This document shows positions 42,218 through 59,941 of a DNA stretch of 64,000 nt, piece after piece; the stretch's first letter is position 1; each line of letters begins with the position of its first letter. A program made the position numbers and the translations under genes. Source of the stretch: Ptychomitrium polyphyllum (lineage: Eukaryota); NCBI GenBank assembly GCA_973851085.1, contig OZ316775.1:3472001-3536000 (forward strand). The letters run 5' to 3'. The notes beneath the pieces are model-generated. The model was not told the DNA's origin, made no database searches, and was given only the letters and a program-made list of their open reading frames with translations.

Positions 42218-43267
42218 CAGCTTGTGACCATATTTTGAGGTGACCGAGTCCATACGTGGCATAAAAGAGAAGCATTAATTGTGGCAGACCTAATCTCTTA
42301 TGTTATAAGCAAATAAATCTAGCTTCAAAGCATTCCGATAAGTAGTAGGTTGTAAAACACATACAAGAATGTATGTAGGGGATTGAGGAAGAAGTAATAA
42401 GCCACAGTTAATGGAGCACAACCTACTTTTGTAGAACGTCCCTGTACAGAGGAAAAAGAAGTTTCTTAGAAACTTACAACTGACAGGAATAGAATATGGA
42501 TTCTCAACATTGTTCTTCATGGCTTAATAGGAATGATTTTTAGACAATAGTGACCCATTGCAAAATGGATGAAAAACTAAGAGGGGGTTCTAGAGAAGGC
42601 TTTGTAATCTTGAATGTTGAAAAAGGTTTCCATTCAAGTCTTTACTTTTCTCACAGTAAGCTACTTTGTAATCGGTCTGAAATTTAACACGGTCCTTACT
42701 GATAGCATTTAAAGATAGTAATAGAAACTATCCTTTTAACAAAAGGATCTCAAAAAATATAACAGTAGGTCTTACTATAACAGTACAATCTTTACCAAGG
42801 TATTTTAAACTTTTGTTTAACATAAACCCTGGATGACCAAGGCGATGTTGTGAATATCCTTCACCAGCTGGTCGTTGGAGGTGTGCTCGTTCAATCCATC
42901 TCTCTCAGCCTGCAGTGAAGAAGGATTCGCTAGCAAAACCATTGACCCATAGAACATGAACTTCGTATTTGCGGTTTTCATGCAGTTATTGTGGTTTTCC
43001 GTTTTCAGTCAATTGGAGTTCCTGTTTAGAGCTTGTGGGGTCCAACTGACCCGGGGCTCAGGTAAATGCCATTCAATTACTTTGCATGAGCTCATCTTCT
43101 TCGAACGTTGCGCATCTGGTACCACAGGAGCGTTTTCTTACTTGTCATGGATGTCTGGGCCGGCTTATGTCAGAACCAACATAAGTGGAGAGGTCATGTT
43201 CGGCACACAATAGAGCTAGTTTTTCTGTGACTGCGTTCTTCTTTTGAAACCGACAGGTAAGCACGCA

Positions 43268-43574
43268 ATGGAATCAGGCATCACATTGCGGAGTAGCCTC
43301 CCAGCTGAGATCGTGGAGCGAGTATTCTCGTTTCTGCCGGTGCCCGAGTTATGCAGATTGTGCTCCGTGTCTAATGGATGGAATTCTCTTCTCTCCACGG
43401 CACGCTTCAGAAATCTCCTTCCAGAATGCGAATCATTTAGACTCCTGTTACATCATTGGACGGTACTTTGGCGAACCAGATCATCCGAGATCTAGACGTG
43501 ACGTCAGGCGGTGTATTCTCGATGTTAATGCGCGGCGGTGGTATACGATCAAGGGCGTTACAGTTAACGCGTGA
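43268..43574 (+). pseudogene. Truncated, frameshifted F-box gene
   Basis: 'SSLPAEIVERVFSFLPVPELCRLCSVSNGWNSL' is an F-box motif. Homology to the intact F-box gene continues in a shifted frame ('CILDVNARRWY' vs 'CFLDLIAKRWY') and then stops. Confidence 0.8.
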
Positions 43575-43827
43575 GATTTCTGGTCATTCCAGAGAGTTTC
43601 GTCGTTGATCAAAGTGAAAAATTGAAACCCACTGATTCTTTCTGGATTGAAAAACCTCATGCTCTGGTCAAAACAAACTGTTAGCTTCAATCCATAGGAT
43701 CTTCAACTTTTCTGACTAAGGCTCGAAGAGCAATGATTGTCTTTTCTACCGAGAGGAAGAAGACTCAACTACCTGGGATAAGAAAAACTGCACTTAAACT
43801 AAACTCCACCTGTGAATCAATGCAAAG

Positions 43828-44600
43828 TTAGAAATTAATTGCGGCACTCTTTTGAAAGCTCCTACAAGTCAATGTCTCCAAGTAATTTTCACTTTCATCT
43901 TCATTGGGCTCGTGTTCGTGGAGTTCATCCTCATCAAGTGTTTCACATTGAGGATATGCTGCTTGAACAGGTTGACAAGAGTCGTCCTTGTCCCAAATCC
44001 AGCATCTTATCACATCAAGCAGTTTCAGAATAGGAAATGGGACACTGCTGCTCAAAGTCTTTAATATATAACATGCCTTTAGCAAGGGTTCTTCCAAGAC
44101 TGGAAACATCCCCAAATCTGGCAGCAGTTCCAAATTATGGCAATACTGAAGTTCAAGCTTTTGCAATGCTGTCAAGGGCGCAGTGCTACTCATTGTAGTT
44201 ATCCTTGTATGTCCTCTAAGCTCAAGCTTTTAACAATCCTGGAAGATAAGAAAGATCTGGAAGTGTTGTCACACCGGTACAAGCAGCCCAAACTTTGAGT
44301 TCCAAAATGCGTTTATAGGCTTCGGGCTCGTCAACCTGGTCAATCTCTGATAACAAGTTACATCAAGCGATTTCAATCTTGCAAGTCTTTGCAAGTCACG
44401 GAATCTCTCTAAATCTTTGCAATCCCATGTAGTAAGACTTTCCAATGCGCTCAAGTTGCTTAAACGAGATCAATTCTTCAAATCAGATCTCCCAGTGCCC
44501 AAGTCCCGTGAATCAATCAAACTCTGAACCTGAGTAACTTTTGGCATCGACTCAGAGCCTAAAGCAGATTTTAGTCGTGGAGAACTGTAGTAACTTCAGC
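43828..44600 (-). pseudogene. Decayed leucine-rich-repeat (NLR-type LRR) gene fragment
   Basis: Broken frames with LxxLxLxxC repeats: 'ALESLTTWDCKDLERFRDLQRLARLKSLDVTCY' and 'ALQKLELQYCHNLELLPDLGMFPVLEE'. No intact ORF. Confidence 0.7.
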
Positions 44601-45021
44601 TGAAGCGCAACAACCACAAAAACAACCGTTCACATACATTAATCGAGTGTGAAATCATACTCCAGAAAAATAAATAGTAAACACATTTCATCTGGATCAG
44701 AATTGACCTGAGACCATACAAAATGAATTTGTCTCAACAGCAAATAATTGCCATGGACGAAACGTCCAAAACTTGCACACATTGAGGTGTACCTCCAGCT
44801 ACGAACATATGCTAACTTACAACTTTCAACGTTGCAGTGGAGGCGCGCAATAAACACGCACTTCTACAGCAGCAAAGTTACACAGCACAGAAGTTGCGCC
44901 AGTGTACTCTGAGCAGACTAATGCATCAAACTTCACCCTGTACACTTTCACAATAGAAGCAGAGCACACTTCAAAACCCTTTATCAATCCATCTACCAAA
45001 GCGTATAAGGCAGAAGAAGGT

Positions 45022-46212
45022 TCATTTGCTTCCCAACCCACAAGCATCGCTCGTCAGGGAGGTATCCAAAGGGTTTTGAGGCAAACCATGATCCCACGAA
45101 CGTGTTATCAAGTCAAAAACTGCCAAGATTCCAGTCGACTTGGACATAAACAGGAGAGAGTTGCCTAAGCCAATCACACTTATCCGTGGTATGCTGGACA
45201 CTGGGTTCTCAATCCCAGATTTAAGATCAAAACCTCCCACAATGTCTGCTTTTGATATTTCAAAGAGCATCTCTCGAGTCATATCAGAGATTTTAAGTTC
45301 ACTCACCTGAAATGACCAAGGCCTCCCATCATCATAATCCAAGCTACCATTCAAGTCAAATCGCCCTGTTGACCATGCCACCAGAAACAAGCGACTAGCA
45401 GTCACTACGAGCACAGAACTTGTAGGGAGTTCATCTGGAATGGGCAAAACCAGATTTTCCCACGCGTCCTCCACGAGGCTGTATCTCCGCAATGGATACT
45501 CTTCTCGTACAGACAACTTTGAAACATAGACGTACAGATAACCTTGAAACATGACACTGCTCGCCTTCACTGTCCCAGAACGGATGCGGAATGGGTTGCT
45601 CAAGTTCTTCCATTGGTTGGTAGCTGAATCATACACTCGCATCAAAGTGTCGTTCGAAATCGATTCAAGAGGCACATTGGGGTCGTCCAAAAACTCTGTA
45701 TCATAACTGTGAAACAGGAAAATCTTAAAGCTCTGAGAAATGCTGTCAACGACCATAGTCAACTCTGGATAGTATTTAGACGTCCAATGATTAGGAGGCA
45801 CAACTGGCAACTCTTTATGCGTCCTTGAAATGGGGTTGTAGACAACAATTGTCTCAGGCTCCAAAAATTGGCAAACCAGACCTCCATCCATCTTCACAAG
45901 TCCATGATAAAAATTGCGGCGAATTTCCTGATCGTCCTCCTTGAACACATACCATCGCTTTGCAATCAAGTCAAGAAAGCACCATCCCTCGTGACTCCTG
46001 GCACTACAACTATACCGCATTGCAATGAAGGACGCGTCTCGCTTTGCAGCATTTTGAGCGCACACAGCCCCAAATTTAGGGTTGCCAATAAGCTGATCCC
46101 ATCTCTTGCAGACGGTGCGATACCTGCACAAATCCGGCACCGGTAGAAAGGACAGCACTTGGTCCAAAATTTCCAAGGGGAGCTCGCTCCACAAAGCAGC
46201 GCTTAAGTCCAT
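45022..46212 (-). CDS. F-box protein with kelch/FBA-like C-terminal domain, single coding exon
   Basis: 'LWSELPLEILDQVLSFLPVPDLCRYRTVCKRWDQLI', 'VYNPISRTHKELP', 'VYDSATNQW'. Likely ATG at 46212 after an acceptor-like sequence. Confidence 0.9.
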   Translation of the reverse strand: MDLSAALWSELPLEILDQVLSFLPVPDLCRYRTVCKRWDQLIGNPKFGAVCAQNAAKRDASFIAMRYSCSARSHEGWCFLDLIAKRWYVFKEDDQEIRRNFYHGLVKMDGGLVCQFLEPETIVVYNPISRTHKELPVVPPNHWTSKYYPELTMVVDSISQSFKIFLFHSYDTEFLDDPNVPLESISNDTLMRVYDSATNQWKNLSNPFRIRSGTVKASSVMFQGYLYVYVSKLSVREEYPLRRYSLVEDAWENLVLPIPDELPTSSVLVVTASRLFLVAWSTGRFDLNGSLDYDDGRPWSFQVSELKISDMTREMLFEISKADIVGGFDLKSGIENPVSSIPRISVIGLGNSLLFMSKSTGILAVFDLITRSWDHGLPQNPLDTSLTSDACGLGSK

Positions 46213-48583
46213 CGCCCCTGCATATTTGAAATGCAAGAACCCCAACCCCAACCCATCACATCCGTAAGCTTGCAAAATAAATATGGTGATTGATAGGCTG
46301 GAGTATTTCTCAAAAACCAAACGGGCATTCTCTATACGTACATTCGATGATGGCACAATTTAATTGCAATTGCCTACGAGGACTGTCAACATGAAAGAAA
46401 CAGACAACTCCTCAGAGGCTCAACAACTGCTAAAAATGAAAGTCCCAAAGCTTAACTGGAACACCATCTTGCTTGATTATCCAATTCCTGATGAGATTGG
46501 ACCATACAGTGTAAGACAAAGGTGGAAATGCTGAGGGTGAAGTCATTCAGAAAAAGCTCAAAGTTTCGTATAATCACAGCATCTTCTGAGGTGAAGATTG
46601 TGATTAGACTGAAACCCTAAACCCTAATATCCATAAGAGGTATTTTGCCAAGGCGACATGCACTACCAACCTTGTGAGATCACCCATTGCAGATAAGAGA
46701 AACTAAATCAAATCATACTATGGTTTCATTTGCAAGCATTGTACCTGAGAAACACTCACAAGAACTGAGATGAAGCTCACAGACCATCCTCCACTTCGTC
46801 AGCACTTCGGGAGATGTACGCTTTGTGGATTTATGAGAAAAGCTCCACAAACTTTATACCAGCTTGGAAATTTTCTTTTCGTCGAAAACTGAGACCGATT
46901 CTCCTTGATAAAACACATGAGACTGCAGTGGAGAGAACACTAGCGGCAATACTCACTTCCACACCTGTCTAACATACAGTGAAACACAAGTGTGCAATAC
47001 AAAACTCACAACAAACAGGCACAAGAGGAGGACTACGCTTTCTCCCCCTTTAGCATGGTGTCTTGATGCTACTGATGAGATACCCTGATGATAGTGCCCT
47101 GTAGATATTGATGAGATACCGCAGGACATACTGACGTGATAACCTGTTCATAATTGTGGATACACCTAATTGATACTGATGATATATCCTTATGATGCTG
47201 GTGGGATATTTGGTACTTCTAGAAGGTGGTCTACGCAAGCTGAGGAGTGGGCTTTAACCATTACCACTTGGTATCTTGCTGGTAGGCAGACGACGCTGAT
47301 GTGATTATCTGAGGATACTCGTGATATACTGGTGTAATACTCGGGTGATACTCAGGCTCGTGTCCTGGAAAGCGGATAGAGGAAGCTGGAAGCGGCAAGA
47401 GTCCTCCGAGTTGGCTTTGGTATGGTACTGAAGTGCTGATGATGTGGTACCATGGTGATTCTGCGGCGGGTATCTGAAAAAGTGGACAAGTGAAGCTGGA
47501 AGCACACTGGTGCGCAAACAGACGTAGGCTGTCACAGGAGCCCAGTGAACAGTTTTCATAGAGGTGCTACACTGGGTTCTAATTTGGGAGAGGAGAAAGG
47601 AGTTTCCTGTGTCAGAATAGATAGGATGCGCTGCATTCAACCATCCAGCCACCATCTCATCTATTTCTTCTCTTTCTCCTCCTCTAAATTAGGGGCTCTC
47701 GTCGACGGCTGGGAAATCAAGTGTGGCATCCCTACCAGAGCAGCAATTCTACAGGCTGCTCTAGAACAGATGCCTCCTCCTCTGAAGTGTGTTTATACTC
47801 GAACTACAGACGACGGTTTGAAAGACGTGTATTCAGCAGCCCTAAGAGTGGGTCAGGGCTGAGGGTAAGGTCAGCATATAATACTGGAATTTACTTTGGT
47901 GTGCGTTCCGGAATGCAAACAGTTACTAGAGCTGCATGCAAGGCACTGTGGCGACAGTTTGAAAAAACAAAATCATGATGGTAAGGCGATGTATGTTTAG
48001 AATTTTTTGAAAACCCCTAGGCTGTGCCTGACTGAACTGTCATCTTCTCTTCAGAGAAAAACACAAAAGATAATTTTTCGAATGACTTACAGAAATAAAA
48101 TTCACTGAAACAGCATATTTCATACATTATCATTGTTGAATCTAGTTCAGTATTTGCATTATTTAAACTTCGATAGCATTATAAAATTCTACTTGATTTC
48201 CTACAATGATTTAAAAAAGAGATTAAAGTAAAAATCAATTGAGATATGAAAATCAATGTAACAATTTCATAACTGACAAAGCTTTAAAAAAAAATGCATC
48301 ATTCACACAACCGTTAAGTTTCCCTGTAACATACAATTTTGCAAAATTTATACACATTATATAATGTAGGATATTAAAGCCTTAGAACTGAAAAATTTGT
48401 TAATATTCTAATATATGAAGATTGTAAATATATAATCTGTGTAACTATAACTATTTAAAATGATTTAAACTCTGGCATTTCTCCACGTACTTTATACTTC
48501 TCAAATTAAAATATCTACTACACTGAAACCATTCCTTGTTCCAGCTTTACATATGTTAGATTTAAAAAACAAAAAATAGAAAA

Positions 48584-52185
<3,602 letters not shown>

Positions 52186-53580
52186 CTAGGGATGGAACGT
52201 TTCCCGCTCACTTTACTCGATGTTGAACTTGTCGCCTTGTGTTCGGGATCTTGAAAGTAATGAGGTGTAGTTACTTAATGTGCAGCTTGTTTTCAAAGCC
52301 ATCATTTGCTTGTTTGGTGTTTTCAAAAATCAAGGAATTGGGCTGGCGGTCGATAGGTAGTCGTTTTTAGTGGATGAAGTGGTCTATGATGCGGCGGTGC
52401 ATTCGTTACGCGTGGCGAGTGGAGAAAGTGGTCGATTCACCAATCGTTCCGATCTTTATTCGAGTAGTGGGCTTATTCCGAATTCAAAATTTCTACTTGT
52501 TGGATTTACTTTAACCAACAATTTTTCGTTTAGTTTGGTTTCAAATTTCCCTTCGTGTAGGACGGCCTTATATTAGGGCTACGTGTTCGTGCTTGTGTGT
52601 CTTCAGTACTGAGTATTAGTTCTTGGATGTATTCAGTACAAATGTAGGAGATTTTGCACATGGTAGAGTCTTGTGCATGTCTTTAAGAATCTACCTGTCA
52701 TTTAGTTTTAAATGGATTAATGGATACCGCTTTTTTCGGTAAACCGATTGGATACTTTGTTATGCACTTAGTTGTTGTGCAGGTCATTAAACGGACAACA
52801 AATTTTCTTCATCCACCGGTTTCTTAGACATGCATATACAGGTTGTGGCCCATGGGTAGGACCTATGCAAGACACCTCATCGTGTAGGACGTTGGCTCTT
52901 GAATTAACCAGCATTATATATTGACATCGAACATGAAAGATCCAAAGAAAATAAAATTCAAAGAATGATTATGGAATATTTTAACGACACCTTTCCTATT
53001 CCCTGTGTTTTGTTTTTCAATGAGTAGTAAAATTGTATTTTTGGTTAAGGCAGGAAATAACGACGCTCAACGAGTGAATACATGGGTTTAGTACAAGAGT
53101 AAGTGAGTAGCAGAGCTGCTGTGAGTGAGAAGGCTGTACAGATTGAGCAACTAACGGTGAAATCTTCATCAGAATTGTGCAAGTAGTGCACAGACATGGT
53201 TGAATTTTTCATTTGACTTTCATCAAAGTCCAAACTAAAGTTAGAATAGAAATATTGCAAGCCTGTACGATTTCTGGTGGTTATTTTACAGGTTGAGGTG
53301 TTGGCGCAGTAAAACCCTAGTTCTGCTGTGAGTTGTTCTAATGCCAAATGGTCATGTCAGAAGATAATTTTAGCATAAGGGCGAAATGATCTCAATTGGA
53401 TCTTCCTGTCCAGAAGTCCAGGTCAAATATGGGCCTTGTAAATGGAAGGTTGATATAATTTCCTTAAATCCGTGGAACATTGGTTGTTGTGCCACGGAAG
53501 CGAGCTCACGTCTTTCATTGTTCACATGTGCGGGCTACTCTATCTAGGAAGATCTTGGACGAGTCGGAGGGCGTCCTCGT

Positions 53581-56500
53581 TTAGAGGTTGTTGGAGCGCC
53601 GGCGTGATCCCTTCAGAGCGCGGTTAGAAGCGCCATTGGAGCCTATGTTTGCAAAGTCCTCCGGGAGAAACTGTCTATACGTCATATGCATGTCCGTCAT
53701 CACATCCAGCGCTTGATGATGTGGTGCACCAGTGCCTAATCGAATTGCTCGCTGCTGATCAGCTATTGTTCTTGCCAGCAACGAAAATGAGGAGTTAGCC
53801 TTTCCAGAAGCTGCGAAAGGGGTCGACATCATGGGTGTTGTGCTGGGCTTCGGCTTCAGCCATTTCTGGATTTCGAGTACTGTGAGACGTATCTCTCCTG
53901 AGCTCTCATGGCCTTGAGTTCTTAGTCCTAATCGTCTCAAGAGAGCTGCTACTGCTTGGCCAGTCCTGTCATCAAGAGAATCGCGTATTAGATGCGTACG
54001 CAATTCACCATGTCAAGGTCGGACGTAACTGAGAGTTTAAGTCGGATAGAATATCCTTGACGATCATATAATATGTATTTATGCGGTAAGCATTAGATGT
54101 GAGTGATTTGAAACTCGACTTATATAATGTGGCCTTGGATCTACTTAGTTCAGGAAATTCTTTGTGAAGGTCACGTTTACGCATTTGACAATGCCTGTGC
54201 AAACGCATTTGTAGCTTCAATGTATCAACTAATGGAATGAGTGAGAGAATACGCACTTGTTAGCGATGTTCATTGAAAGTAGGCCTCCTTTTGGTCTGTA
54301 AGTTTCCCTCTTCTCTACCTGTAACTTGATTGTAACTGTTGGTACACGCGCGCCTGTACACACATCCAACATCGTTTAGATTATTCTGAATTATAAGCGT
54401 ACATTGAAGCTCCCTGCATTACAGCATTTAAAACGCACTGACAAGGAAACGTCAATATTTCTGAAAGGAAAGAAAGAGATTCTACTGTTTTATACTACAG
54501 GGAAGAACTAGCTGCTCACAGAAAGACAAGACAGATGGACACATGCTTTACAGACATGCATTGTTACCTGCACTATGCCGATGTTTGAGAGCCTTCAGTA
54601 CAGTTAGAAGGCAGACCTGTAGGAAACAGGAACATGGTTGAGAATACTAACTACAATTTATTACTTACTAACAGTGGGTACCAATGATATATCCTCCTCT
54701 CATACAGGTCCCACAGATGCAACAACAAGTTCGAGAAGAAGTTCTGAAGAGGACGGACTGAAGCTCAGTTTGAATATCCAAAGGACTGCAAGTTTTCCTC
54801 GTTTAGTCCAATCAATCTACACAAATAAGGATCAATACTGCCCTACACCTAAAAAGAGGAACAATAATTTACCTCAGCTGCATAAACCGGCATTGTCTCC
54901 GCGCTGATGACAACCGGTTGAATAGTGGTGTAGTTAAACGTTGGCACAATCTTAAGCGCCGATGCCTCCTGTATTACCAATGAGGTGAAAGGTAAGTGTC
55001 TGACTGAAAGCAAAGAAGACAAATTATTGCTAGACCTTCGACAAGCTAAAAATTACCTGATTTTCAAGATGCCTTTATGTACCTGTATTGGTATAAGACG
55101 GTTCTGGAAAAATATTCAGCAAGTATCATCTTTCAATTCAATGCGGTTTCTCCCGTTCAAAGTTCGCTTTATCATACATTCCTATGAACTACAAGGGATT
55201 GTACCTCAAAAAGAGAAAGAGCCCGAGGATCATAAATGCTGAAGCCATCATACTCTCTCGACGTTATAGATGGCTGAGGTTGTCCAAGAAATGCCATTGT
55301 AGTCCTGTCATCAAAACTTGTCGCAGCCCTTGTTGATGGTTCTGGTTTACGCAAGCAGCCCAACAACTGAGAGAGAGTTTCTAAAGTTGGGAGTGCCCCT
55401 GTTTCTATGGTTTGGCGATAGATAGCAAGAGCCCATGTTGCCCTGAAAAACGAATGAAGATAGGATATCATTTTTAAGTGCTGTATCCGACCGATCAGGC
55501 TCATATTAACCTACCATTCATCACTAAGAGAACTGAATGATCTGGTTGAGTACATTCCGGCCTCAAAAAAATTGCTACACCACAGGACTTGATCAATTAT
55601 TGTCGAAGAAGAATCACAAACTAATGCCTACACCAGTACTAACACGTTTACAAACAGGATGTACCATTTATCTCGAGGGGGAACATCGCTGGAATCTGCA
55701 GGGACAGGAAGCATAGAGCTACAAATTTGAGGAGCGACAGCAGAGCTTTGAATCTTCTGTAAGCACAGACCTGTGGTCAAAATCCAGAGAACACATTACT
55801 CGCAAGTCATAGTAAAAGCATCAGCTGAGCTCTACTTCAGAAGATATGCCAGGATAGGACCCTACCTGTGGCAGTTGATTTCTTTAGGAGTTTGTTATCA
55901 TGTCCTAGGCACTTTCAATCTACTTTCTGGTTTGACTGTTTTACAGAACCAAATTCATAAAACGCACCTGTAATGCTGTTACAGATGACTTGATTCGGCT
56001 TGATGCCCTCTGCCCTTGCATTCATGTACAGATCAAGGGCCAAGTCGGCCCTGCCCTCCCTGCACATTCACTTCTGATCTCAGTATCTAGCAACTACGTT
56101 CGAAAATGTACACTTGAAAATAAATGCGGATGCTATTCATTTTTCTTCCCCTTCATGTGGTGTAGTAGTGATTCCTCTACTACTATTTGATCATGAAAAT
56201 TGGGTTTGAGAAGAAATGTAGCAAAGACCCATACTTCTCACAAGCCTTTAGTAATATACTGTAAGTAATTTGGTTGGGCCTCATCCCTGCGTCTTTCAAC
56301 TCTCTAAGAACAGAAAGTGCCTGGTCGAATTGCTTTGCTTCACCTGGGGCACATAGGTCAGATGTCAGTATTTCTGTCATTAGTGCAGGCTGAACAATAT
56401 CTTAAGATTTGGTATCAAGCTGGCGCAAAAACATAGTACAACATAGATTCTATGATTAGAGAAAAAGAAGACATTGAAACCTCGAAAGGAAAGCAACAGG

Positions 56501-59500
56501 CTGAAGCTTACAGAGAGCTGTCATAAGAGCGTTGTACGTTGACACAGTAGGCCGTAATCCAGCACTACGAATGTCGTCGTACACTTTTAGAGCTTTCTCC
56601 CACTCCCCTAGCTGAATGGAACACCAAAGAAACCAAAGAAAAGACGTATGACGTCAGGAAACATAACTGCATCTTCCTGCGTTCAATTTATGGATCAAAA
56701 TCATGCAACTAGAGCCGTAAAGATTCATAAGCCTAGCACTTCTTTAAGCAAAGAAACAACCCTGGAAATGCGTATCCTAGTACATAACTGCTGACCCGTC
56801 AAAAGGCATCAAAACGAACGAAACCAAACGTAAGAGGTGTTATAGTCCCTTCAGAGAGAAAACTATGGTGTGTCATTTAGTGTTGTCAAGTGCGAGGTGC
56901 GTTAGAAGTTACATTGCTGCAGACTCCCATAAGAGAACTGTAAACAACCGCTCCAGGCTTTACACCATCCTTCTTCATGCTTTTGAGTATGCTAAAGGCC
57001 TTCTCAATATCCTTGGAATGACCAGCAACATCTACCAGTGCGCTGAAGAATACCTGTTCAAAGTGGTTCAAAATTAATAGAGCATTATTTTCCCAATTGT
57101 GTCCTTGGTATCTTCAAGCCCACCCCCGCTAGACAACTACAAAATAACCGTTTGCAAACACCAGTGATGCAAGAGTACTACACATTCAAAAGCTATTCAC
57201 AACCAAACCATCAATTTGTGGCATTTCCGTCATTAGTGTACAGAATCGAGAATACCTCATCTGGTTTCACTCCATCCTGCTTAAGATTGTCATACACTGT
57301 AAGAGCATAGTCCAACCGTCCTTTTTGACTGCATGCATGTACAATAGCCGTATAGCATTCAGGAGATCCCTTCACATTGCTCTCGCGCATGCTCTGAAAG
57401 ACTTCAAGAGCTCTTTCTACCTGTATTAGTCAAGTACTACATTACATCAGTTCATCTACGACCGACAAATGTTGTTTGTTCTTCTAAGGTACATACATAG
57501 CAGGTACAAAAAGAGAAAAACATCAGAATTGTAGCAGATATGGAGCAAACAGTGCTTAACCCTGATAAACCTTTGACAGACATTTAATAAACCCTGATAA
57601 ACCCTGCTACGTGACGTGATTGATTGAGTACTGAACACTAATAGCAAAATTTGAGTATTACCTCTCCTCCACGCGCACAAGCAGAAATAAGAGCACCATA
57701 TGTGACGTGATCTGGCTTCACAGGCGTTGCTTCTGATTTCATGTCTGTCAGAACATCAAACGCTCTTTGGACAGCTCCAGCCCTACTGCATGCATTTATC
57801 AGTGCGTTGAATATAACACGGTCGGGCTTCACATTCTGTGAAAAACAATAAGATATTATTCAAGTTAGTTCCCGTCCAAGGCGATTTCTAATGGGCAAAA
57901 GATTAGATCTATCCCGGAACGACTAAACTTGCAATGTCGACCTTCTCAATCAAAACTGACCCATATCTGAACACCAAAATTAAACGTCAAACCAACTAGA
58001 AGGCTTTTCCCAGTTCCAAAATTACCTTTGATATCATAATACCATAAGCCCCGAAAGCTTTGGGTAGTTGTCCAGCGCGGGCGCACCCATCAATCATGGC
58101 TCCGAAAGTGTGAGCACTAGGTTCGACGCCGTGCAGCTCCATCTCGTGGAATATCTGGCACAGCAAAAAGAAGATTTCAGGGGTACCCTCATTTCGGTCC
58201 CATTCTTGCGCCCTTTCATAGAATCTAAAACCCTCATTTTGAGGAAAGAATTCACGTAAAACTTTCAATACTTTTGATAATTCAGTAGAATGACAGAGCT
58301 CTCGGTACAAGGTTTGTTCCGTTCGCACCTGAAAGAGAAGGTCCACTTTTCCAGCTTTGGAGCAGGCTGAGATGAGTGTGGTGTAGAACATGCAATCTGC
58401 TTTCAGCCCCCTGCTCTCTAGCAAAGCAAGCACTCGCAATGCTCCTGTGGTGCAAGGACTGCACGTTATTCGTAATCCATTGCAAATTTGCCAACAAGTA
58501 GTAGGACGTGCTCAGTTCAGACTAGAACTATTTAATTATTCCTTCAATTTCCCCTTCTTGTCAGGTCCGCCCCAACGCACAAAAGGCGATGATCGAAGTA
58601 CTCACCATCAATATCTTTTGCATGGCAACAGACCGAAAGAAGCATCGTATAATGCTGTAACGTTGAACAGCTTATCATGAGCTTCACAAAAGTGAAAGCA
58701 TCTTCTACCGTTCCTCTCGCTTTACAGGCTTCATAAAACTTGGAGTGGTTCACCTACAAGAGACACAATAAAGATGATGTAAGCGTCTCATCTTCTAACT
58801 GAAATGTTGAACTCTTGAAATTCGCTGTAATCACCACGGCTAAAGACGCCATAACACCACCATTCAAAATGCGATTAATCTTTCTTTTGATGAAGAAGCT
58901 ATCCATGAGAAAGGAAACCTTACCTTCATCAGACTGAGTTTACCCGCTTTTCCCATTTCTCCCAAAAGCACAAGACAATCTTTAATCCTGTCACGTTCAA
59001 TTCACCAACTCAATCCTCAATCTAAACCACAATCAACCTTAGCAAATCCATTATTCTCGTGCAGTTGCTAACCAGAGCTCATTGTAACCAACAAAACTAA
59101 GGGTCAAGGATTCCAAGATTTAAGGTTAACTTCGTTGGGCACCAACACATCTAATAAGGCAGACCTCCAAATATAATGCCCTTCCATCTATCGTCAGAAA
59201 CCAGAACACTCCTGCGCACAAGAATTCAGAAGACGGTTTTGAGCCCAACAAGCACCTGCCAGCCCTCAACAACGCTCCGTACAAGTCGATATAAGATTTT
59301 ATGCTCGTCTCGGGCTTCACGGGGAGCATTTCAGCAATCGAGGCAGGGAGAGTTCTGCTGCTCTTCCTCACAGTTCTCACCACATTGATGCGCACCGACT
59401 TCGGTCTCAACCTTCTCTCGGCAAGGGTAGCGCAATCTAGGTCAACAACAATCCTTTCTTCTGCAGAGCCGTGCTCTTTTGGCTCATTGATGAAAGAGTC

Positions 59501-59941
59501 GTAATCTAAAGAATCTAAGTAATCCTGCGTAAACAAAAACTCCTCCGCATCCAAATGCCGAGCCCCATCCCACTCCGGAACCTCCTGCAATTTGGCTTTG
59601 CCATTCCCATTCACGCTGCTCCCCGAAATGCTGACAGAGTCATGGGAGCGCTGCAGCGTCTCAAGCTCACTCGCGGTACCCCCTTGCGGCACTCTTTCCA
59701 CGCACTCGAGCGACGATGACACCCTCACAGCTCCTGCCCAGCTCGCGGCTCTGCTCCCTGTGGACTCATGAACATGCTCCCCCGGAGCCGCAAGCAAGGG
59801 AGAGATTATCCTGGACCACGACGCGCACCTAACGAAACTCCCAGGATGCAAAAGTATTTGGGAGCGCGCAGGGATGGAGGACGACAAGGCGCACCGACGG
59901 TGAGTATGATGCGACTGCAGCAGCGCAGGGGAATTCGCCAT
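53581..59941 (-). CDS. MRL1: Chloroplast P-class PPR protein MRL1 (maturation of rbcL 1), many exons
   Basis: Transit-peptide-like start, PPR motifs ('GLKADCMFYTTLISACSKAGKVD', 'TFGAMIDGCARAGQLPKAFGAYGIM', 'KPDRVIFNALINACSRAGAVQRAFDVL') and the MRL1-type C-terminal domain ('YDPRALSLFEEA', 'GQAVAALLRRL', 'IADQQRAIR'). Confidence 0.9.

Noticed and set aside
46612..46627. AAACCCTAAACCCTAA telomere-like repeat (similar near 37429)
   Set aside because: Ordinary short telo-boxes in 5' regions or introns, not an interstitial telomere array.
47050..47500. Degenerate tgatgagatac/tgatatac-rich repeats in the palindrome spacer
   Set aside because: No consistent period or recognisable protein; possibly a TE remnant but unsupported.
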